A DNA stretch of 64,000 nt. Origin: the human T2T-CHM13v2.0 reference genome, Homo sapiens. Numbering within the stretch: position 1 is the first letter of the stretch; every line of letters starts with the position of its first letter. This document shows, one piece after another, positions 57,675 to 64,000 of this stretch. The DNA is taken from NCBI RefSeq assembly GCF_009914755.1, contig NC_060927.1; one strand, written 5' to 3'. A program made the position numbers and the translations under genes. The notes under the pieces are model-generated. The model saw nothing but the letters and a program-made list of their open reading frames with translations. It was not told the origin of the DNA and ran no database searches.

Positions 57675-60190
57675 CACCAGGCATAGTGGCTCATACCTGT
57701 AAGCCCAGCACTTTGAGAGGCCAAGGCATGTAGATCACCTGAGGTCAGGAGTTTGAGACCAGTCTGGCCAACATGGTGAAACCTAGTCTCTAGTAAAAAT
57801 ACAAAAAACTTGGGTGTGACGGCATGCACTTGGAGTCCCAACTACTCAGGAGGCTGAGGTACAAGAATTGCTTGAACCTGAGGTGGAGGTTGCAGTGAGC
57901 TGAGATAGTGCCACTGCACTCCAGCCTGGGTGTATTAGTTTTCACACTGCTGATAAAGACATTCCTGACACTGCGCAATTTACAAAAGAAAGAGGTTTAT
58001 TGGACTTACAGTTCCACATGGCTGGCGAGACCTCACAATCAAGGTGGAAGGTGAAAGGCACGTCTCACATGGTGGCAGATAAGAGAAGAGAGCTTGTGCA
58101 GAGAAACTCCCATTTTTAAAACCATCATATCTCATGAGAATTATTCACTCTCATGAGAACAGCATGGGAAAGATTTGCCTGCAAGATTAATTACCTCGCA
58201 CTGGGTCCCTCCCACAATACATAGGAATTCAAGATGACATTTGGGTGGGGACACAGTCAAACCTTATCATTCTGCCCCTGGCCCCTCACAAATCTCACGT
58301 CCCCACATTTCAAAAGTAGTCATGCCTTCCCAACAGTCCCCCAAAATCTTAACTCATTTCAGCATTAACTCAAAAGTCCACAGTCCAAAGTCTCATCTGA
58401 GACAAGGCTAGTCCCTTCTGCCTTTGTGCCTGTAAAATCAAAAGCAAATTAATTACTTCCTAGATACAATAGGAGTATAAGAATGAGGTAAATACACCTA
58501 TTCTTAATGGGAGACACTGTCCAAAACAGAGGGGCTACAGGCCCCATGCAAGTCCGAAATCCACTGGGGCAACCAAATTTTAAAGCTCCAAAATGATCTT
58601 TGACTCCATGTCTCACATCCAGGTTGCACTGATGCAAGAGGTGGGTTCCCATGGTCTTGGGCTGCTCTGCCCCTGTGGCTCTGCAGGGTAAAGCCTCCTT
58701 CCCTGCTGCTTTCATGGACTTGCTGAGTGTCTGCAGCTTTTCCAGTGCAGTGTGCAAGCTGTCAGTGGATCTACCATTCTGAGGTCTGGAGGATGGTGGC
58801 CCTCTTCTCACAGCTCCACTAGGTGGTGCCCCTGTGGGGACTCTGTGTGGGGGTTCTGACCGCACGTTTCCCTTTAGCACTGCCCTAGCAGAGGTTCTCC
58901 ATGAGAGCCCTGCCCCTGCAGCAAACTCTGCCTGAACATCCAGGCATTTTCGAACATCCAGGCATTTTCATACATCCTTTGAAATCTAGGCTGAGGTTCC
59001 CACACTGCAGTTCTTGACCTCTGTGCACTGGCAGGCTGACACCATGTGGAAGCTGCCAAGGCTTGAAGCTTGCACCCTCTGAAGCCACAACCCAGGCTCT
59101 ATGTTGGCCCCTTTCAGCCACGGCTAGAGCAGCAGGGACACGGCATCAAATCCCTAAACTGCACACAGCACAGAGACCCTGGGCCCGGCTCACAAAACCA
59201 CTTTTTCTTCCCCAACTTCCAGGCCTGTGATGGGAAGGTCTGCTGCAAAGGTCTCTGACCTGCCTTGGAGACATTTTCCCCATTGTCTTGGTGATTAACA
59301 TTTGGTTCCTCATTACTTAACACAAATTTCTGCAGCCGGCTTGAATTTCTTCTCAGAAAGTGGGATTTTCTTTTCTATCGCATTGTCAGGCTGCAAATGT
59401 TCCATACTTTTATGGTTTGTTTCTCTTTTAAAACAGAATGCCTTTAACAACACACAAGTCACCTCTTCAGTGCTTTGCTGCCTAGAAATTTCTTCTACCA
59501 GATACTCTAAATTATCTCTCTCAAGTTCAAAGTTCCACAAATCTCTAGGATAGAGGCAAAATGCACCAGTCTCTTTGCTAAAACATACGAAGAGTCACCT
59601 TTGCTCCAGTTCCCAACAAGTTCCTCTTCTCCATCTGAGAACACCTTAGCCTGGATTTCATTGTCTATATCATTATCAGCATTTTGGTCAAAGCCATTCA
59701 AGTCTCTAGGGAGCTCCCAACTTTCCCAAATTTTCCTATCTTCTTCTGAACCCTGCAAACTGTTCCAACCGCTTCCACATTTTCGGATATCTTTTCAGCA
59801 GCACCCCACTCTACTAGTACGAATTTACTGTGTTAGTCCGTTTTCATGCTGCTGATAAAGACATACTCGAGACTGGGCAATTTACAAAAGAAAGAGGTTT
59901 ATTGGACTTACAGTTCCACCTGGCTGGGGAGGCCTCACAATCACAGCAGAAGGTGAAAGGCATGTCTCATATGGCAGCAGATAAGAGAAGAGAGCTTGTG
60001 TAGGGAAACTCCCAATTTTAAAACCATCAGATCTCATGAGACTTATTCACCCACTGAATGGGTGAATACTTACCCCCCACCGGGTCCCTCCCACAACACG
60101 TGGGAATTCAAGTTGAGATATGAGTGGGGACACAGCCAAACTATATCACTGGGTGACAAAGGAGACTCCATCTCAAAACAAAACGAAAAA
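57675..60190 (+). mobile_element. AluSx/Sz split by THE1 (57675-57930 and 60149-60190)
   Basis: Alu stops at ccagcCTGGG and resumes CTGGGtgacaaaggagactccatctcaaaa. Confidence 0.92.
57931..60148 (-). mobile_element. Full-length THE1A-like MaLR (LTR-internal-LTR)
   Basis: 3' LTR 57931-58269, polypurine tract 58270-58287, internal region, 5' LTR 59829-60148; TSD CTGGG. Confidence 0.95.
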
Positions 60191-60627
60191 CCTACACACA
60201 CAGAAAGTAGGAAGTGTGACTTAAAATATTGAAAGGAACAATAATTCATCTCTTGTATGATCAGTTTATTTTGTGAAACTATGAACAAATTTGTTGAAGC
60301 AATTTATTGAGGTAAAGCACACTGACCTACAGTTCATATGACTTCTGAAGAAGACAAATACAGTCTTAAAGCATTAGGACAAATATACAAGCTATAATGA
60401 ACATCATCTAGTTAGCCCAAATTTAGTGTAATTAAAAAGCCTAGTTATTGATACTGACATTTTCATTTATTTGGCCCCGTGTTTCTATGCATGGTGTATG
60501 TTTCTATTTCTTTTATTTTTAATCAACTTTTATCACATTTTCTTTCACATTTGCTCATTTTTAGTCCTTTTAGTCATTATTTCCATGGCTCTGCATTTTT
60601 TTTTTTATTCTTTTGGTTCTGTCTTAG

Positions 60628-60908
60628 CTTGGAGTCAAAAACTGAGATCAGCACTCAAGTAGAGCGCTCATCGGTGCAAGAGTGATAGTGGGATTACCTT
60701 TTAACTCATGTAATCTTGTGAAGAGGCACTGTGCATCATCATTATCATCAGCAAATAAAATCCACGTAAAGGCCATCTCTCCAAAGTCTGCTTTCTCTTT
60801 TTAAAACTAAATTTGAATAAACATTGTGGGTAGAATTTATCAGGAGCAAAGTTCACTGAGAGTCAATCTTTTGTGAGGATTTTCGAACTTTCTATCATTC
60901 ATTTACAG
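60628..60908 (+). other. Candidate exon (non-coding, terminal-coding or poison)
   Basis: Long pyrimidine tract ending gtcttag|; perfect donor CAG|gtaagt; early stop in all frames; no repeat recognised. Confidence 0.5.
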
Positions 60909-62184
60909 GTAAGTGTAGTTTACCTGCTCTGGGGAAATGATGTTTATTATTTAAAAATCAGAAATGAAAGAAGAAACCCCAAAGTAAGATGATTTATTTG
61001 CTTTTTGGTAAACTCGATTCTGTTTTGTAACATTTGAAACATGGATTTTATGAGTGAGTCTATTAAAATGTATACTCCCTCTAGTGTGTGTTAATCATTA
61101 TTTCTCTGCTGGGCCTACGGATTACCTGTCTGCATTGTAATGCAACATTCCTTAATATTTACAATAGAAATACCAGTGGTTCATAAGACATCTCATATTT
61201 CTGTGAACAAAATGAGATTTACAAGAAATAAGGACTTGTCTCTAGAAATACATTTCAAAATATTAAAGTCCTCATAAAAATTCCTAGATTTATTTAAATC
61301 AGTATTGATTTAGACTAATGAAATAAAATATCTGACCCCAGTGATTGTACTTTGATGCTCCAAAAGGTAGATGAAATCATTGCAAGTACAGTTTTAGTAT
61401 AAATATAAACAGAGCAAAAAATAGGTACTTCATTTATAATTGTGTTCAATGCATCAGACATTTATTAAGTCTCTACTTTGTGAAGGTCCTTTTCAGTTTC
61501 TGGGGGAAGGAGAAGGGGAAGGGATGTAGAGATGAAGTCAGATCCCTGTCCTTGGGTGAGGAGGACTGAGACAGACATGAGCACCTGTAACTATTTTTTT
61601 AGAGTGTGAAGATCCATTACTATAACATAAAAGCAGTAAGTGATCCCGAAATAAGGAGATGATGCCAAACCAAACTCAGGCCATGAGATTTCTAGCTCTG
61701 CCAAGTTCTTATCACTATTGAGAGGTCAGTCTTATAAATATTTGAGTAGAGAAGGAAAGGGGGAGGGTATGGAAATTGCCTAAATTTAGGAGTAAGAGGG
61801 ACAAAGGCCCTTTTAGGAGGAGCTGTCCTACTGGAGTCAAATTTAATCATTGAATCCTATATGGAACTCAGAGTACTGTTCAAAGAGTACTGTTCTTGGG
61901 TGCTTATAGAATAGTGAGGGAGAAAAAAATATAACTGGTTTCCCAAGCTACACTGAAGGAAAATTCGGTTGAGCCCCTGTTTCACTACCTGATCTATTCT
62001 GGATGGAATGTGCTCTAAGAATTTCCACGTTTCTTTTTTTCAGCATCCTTTTCTTTACTGAACGTTCTTAGCTTCAGCCTTTCTACTCACTTCTCAACTT
62101 CACCAAACTGTATCCCCTGTTGACTTTTGCAGGAAATCTATCACATTAAGTTATATATTTATTGAGGATTTGGAGGGTCATGGC

Positions 62185-62679
62185 TGTGGGATATGATGAG
62201 GTTTCTCTTTAAATAACCTGATCAATCTTTTATTCTTTAATTCATAGTACCCCCCTCCTTTTCTCCTTTTCTCCTTTTTGCCTTTGTTAGATGCCAGGCA
62301 TGCCACAGTACCAGGTATAATCAGTACCAGCTCACATTCCTTTCCTTATTTGGAAAGAGGACTAACTTTCTAGCTCATTACAGACACCCCTTACCCTTTC
62401 CTCTCCACTTTCTTTTACGTGCCCACCTTATCTAAAAAAAGCAAATGTTTAGCCAACCGGGATTAGTTTAGGTTGTATGACCCAACCCCAGCCAATGGGG
62501 AAGGGGTACAGGGGCAGGACTTGCGTCAGGAATAAAGGCTCTCGTGCCCCCTTGTTCAGGTGTGCTCTCATGGCGACTGGCCAAGGAGGCACCCCTCTGC
62601 ATAGAAGTAAAATTGTTTGCTAAGAATCCTTTGTTCGAGTGTTCAATTTCCTTGGGAATTTTGAGCATTATTCCTAACA
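62185..62679 (+). mobile_element. LTR10-family (HERV-I) solo LTR
   Basis: TGTGGGATATGATGAGGTTTCTC...ttcctaaCA; CCAAT 62492, AATAAA 62531, AGTAAA 62606, AGGCATGCCA 62296. Confidence 0.7.
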
Positions 62680-63689
62680 TAGGAAAAGAGATCATACCAT
62701 TGAGCCCTCTTATCAGCCTCAACTCCTGTTTTCTCTTCTCTGTTAATCTCTATTGGCTCTCAAAAGCTACAGCTCCTAATACATGTTGCTCTCTGACTCA
62801 CCTAACAAATCCCATCCAGCAAGGGTAGTCTAGTCTTCTTCTCCACAAAAATGCTGGTGAATATTTCTGAAATTATTCTTATTGTTAAATAAACAATACA
62901 GGAACCACAGAGGAGGTGGAGAGAGGAAGAAGCAACACAAAGGAAATTAGTTGGAAAAAAAAAAAAACCCACAGATTTAAAGTGTCTAATTGGAGCATAG
63001 CGATTACAGTGTATGTCACTTAAAGCTCCATAATAGATCTTACAGCAAAATTCTGATTAATCTCATTCCAACTGTGTAGTTGACAATAAAGCATCATTCC
63101 AAAGTATCCTCATTATTTCCTGGTCCAGGAAAGTATTGCTTAAAGAAAAGAGAGGACATTTCAGAAACAAAACTGTAGTCTTGACATTTGAGAATAAGAC
63201 ATACAACTGGCAAGAAATGCAAGCTATCTATAGAATCAATTAAAAACAAGATTATTAGGAAGTCATGCAATTGTTGTGGTTGGATATTAAAAAACTCATT
63301 TTTCTCTACTTTATAAACATGACAATAATTTTTTAAAAAGCAAATGCACATATTTATATATGTGGGAGGTAGAAAATATATTTTAATATTGCACATTATG
63401 TGTATATAAAAATTGGAACAAATTAGTACTTACAAAAAAGTATTTAAAGGGCAGAATCTACTATTACATTTCTTATGTCTGTGTACATACTACACAATAT
63501 TTCTTAGTAAAATGTGCTATGAAACCATTTAAATAAAACTAGGACATTGTTTAATATCTAAGGAAAAGTAACACATTTTTACCAGATGGTTTAATTCATA
63601 AATATTTCACAATATAAACAAAAAAAATGTTTAACCTAAAGTTAGTCTTGGGATCTAGTCCATTTTTTCATTTGTTTGGAATGCTATTT

Positions 63690-64000
63690 AAATTCAAAAT
63701 GCTTTGATGTTACCTGAATTTATTTTACATAATTCCAGATATTGGGCAAATTATTTGAGCAGCTGAATGACATTATCACAGATTCTGTTTCTATCATTCT
63801 TCTCTGCCATCCTCACGATGTTGGCTTTGGCCTTAGACTAACTTCCTCCCTGCTCCCAAGATGTCCAGAGCAGTCCTAGCCATCACATCTGTATACAACA
63901 ACAGGAAACAAAGGATTTTTTCAGAAGGGTGGAAAACTTAGAAGCCCCAAGAACACCTTTCCTACCATCTGACTGGCTAGCTATGGCTAACATATATGCC
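63690..64000 (-). mobile_element. MLT1J-like LTR, runs off the window
   Basis: tctctgccatcctcac...cccaagatg...catcacatct...gaagcccc; start approximate. Confidence 0.55.

Noticed and set aside
58934-58969. Exact 18-bp tandem duplication in THE1-int (similar short duplications at ~47650 and ~61871)
   Set aside because: Common micro-duplications; at most indel markers
58449-59855. Cluster of ORFs in a GC-richer segment
   Set aside because: Frameshifted remnants of the THE1 internal ORF; not a host gene

Overview
This is primate, almost certainly human, AT-rich non-coding DNA. Human-specific AluYb8 and AluYa5 copies are present. No protein-coding exon, tRNA, rRNA or CRISPR array can be supported, and the supplied ORFs are chance frames or lie in Alu, L1, LTR or VNTR sequence. 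The window is largely a mosaic of Alu, L1, L2/MIR, MaLR LTRs (THE1/MST/MLT1), MER21, an LTR10-like LTR and DNA-transposon relics (MER2, MER44A, Tigger3, MER58A). T-richness of the + strand (judged by eye) and several good + strand splice-site pairs suggest an intron of a large + strand gene or lncRNA, which I could not identify. Most notable: (1) a 13 x 63-bp VNTR, apparently derived from a MIR, in which one unit variant opens an antisense repeat ORF; (2) a pristine AluYb8(a1-like) insertion, probably polymorphic; (3) a full-length THE1A-like element inserted into an AluS; (4) a strong candidate non-coding/poison exon at 60628-60908; (5) several templated-insertion and snap-back repair scars. 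I found no convincing new multi-gene system. Repeat subfamily names come from recalled consensus sequences and need RepeatMasker/Dfam confirmation.
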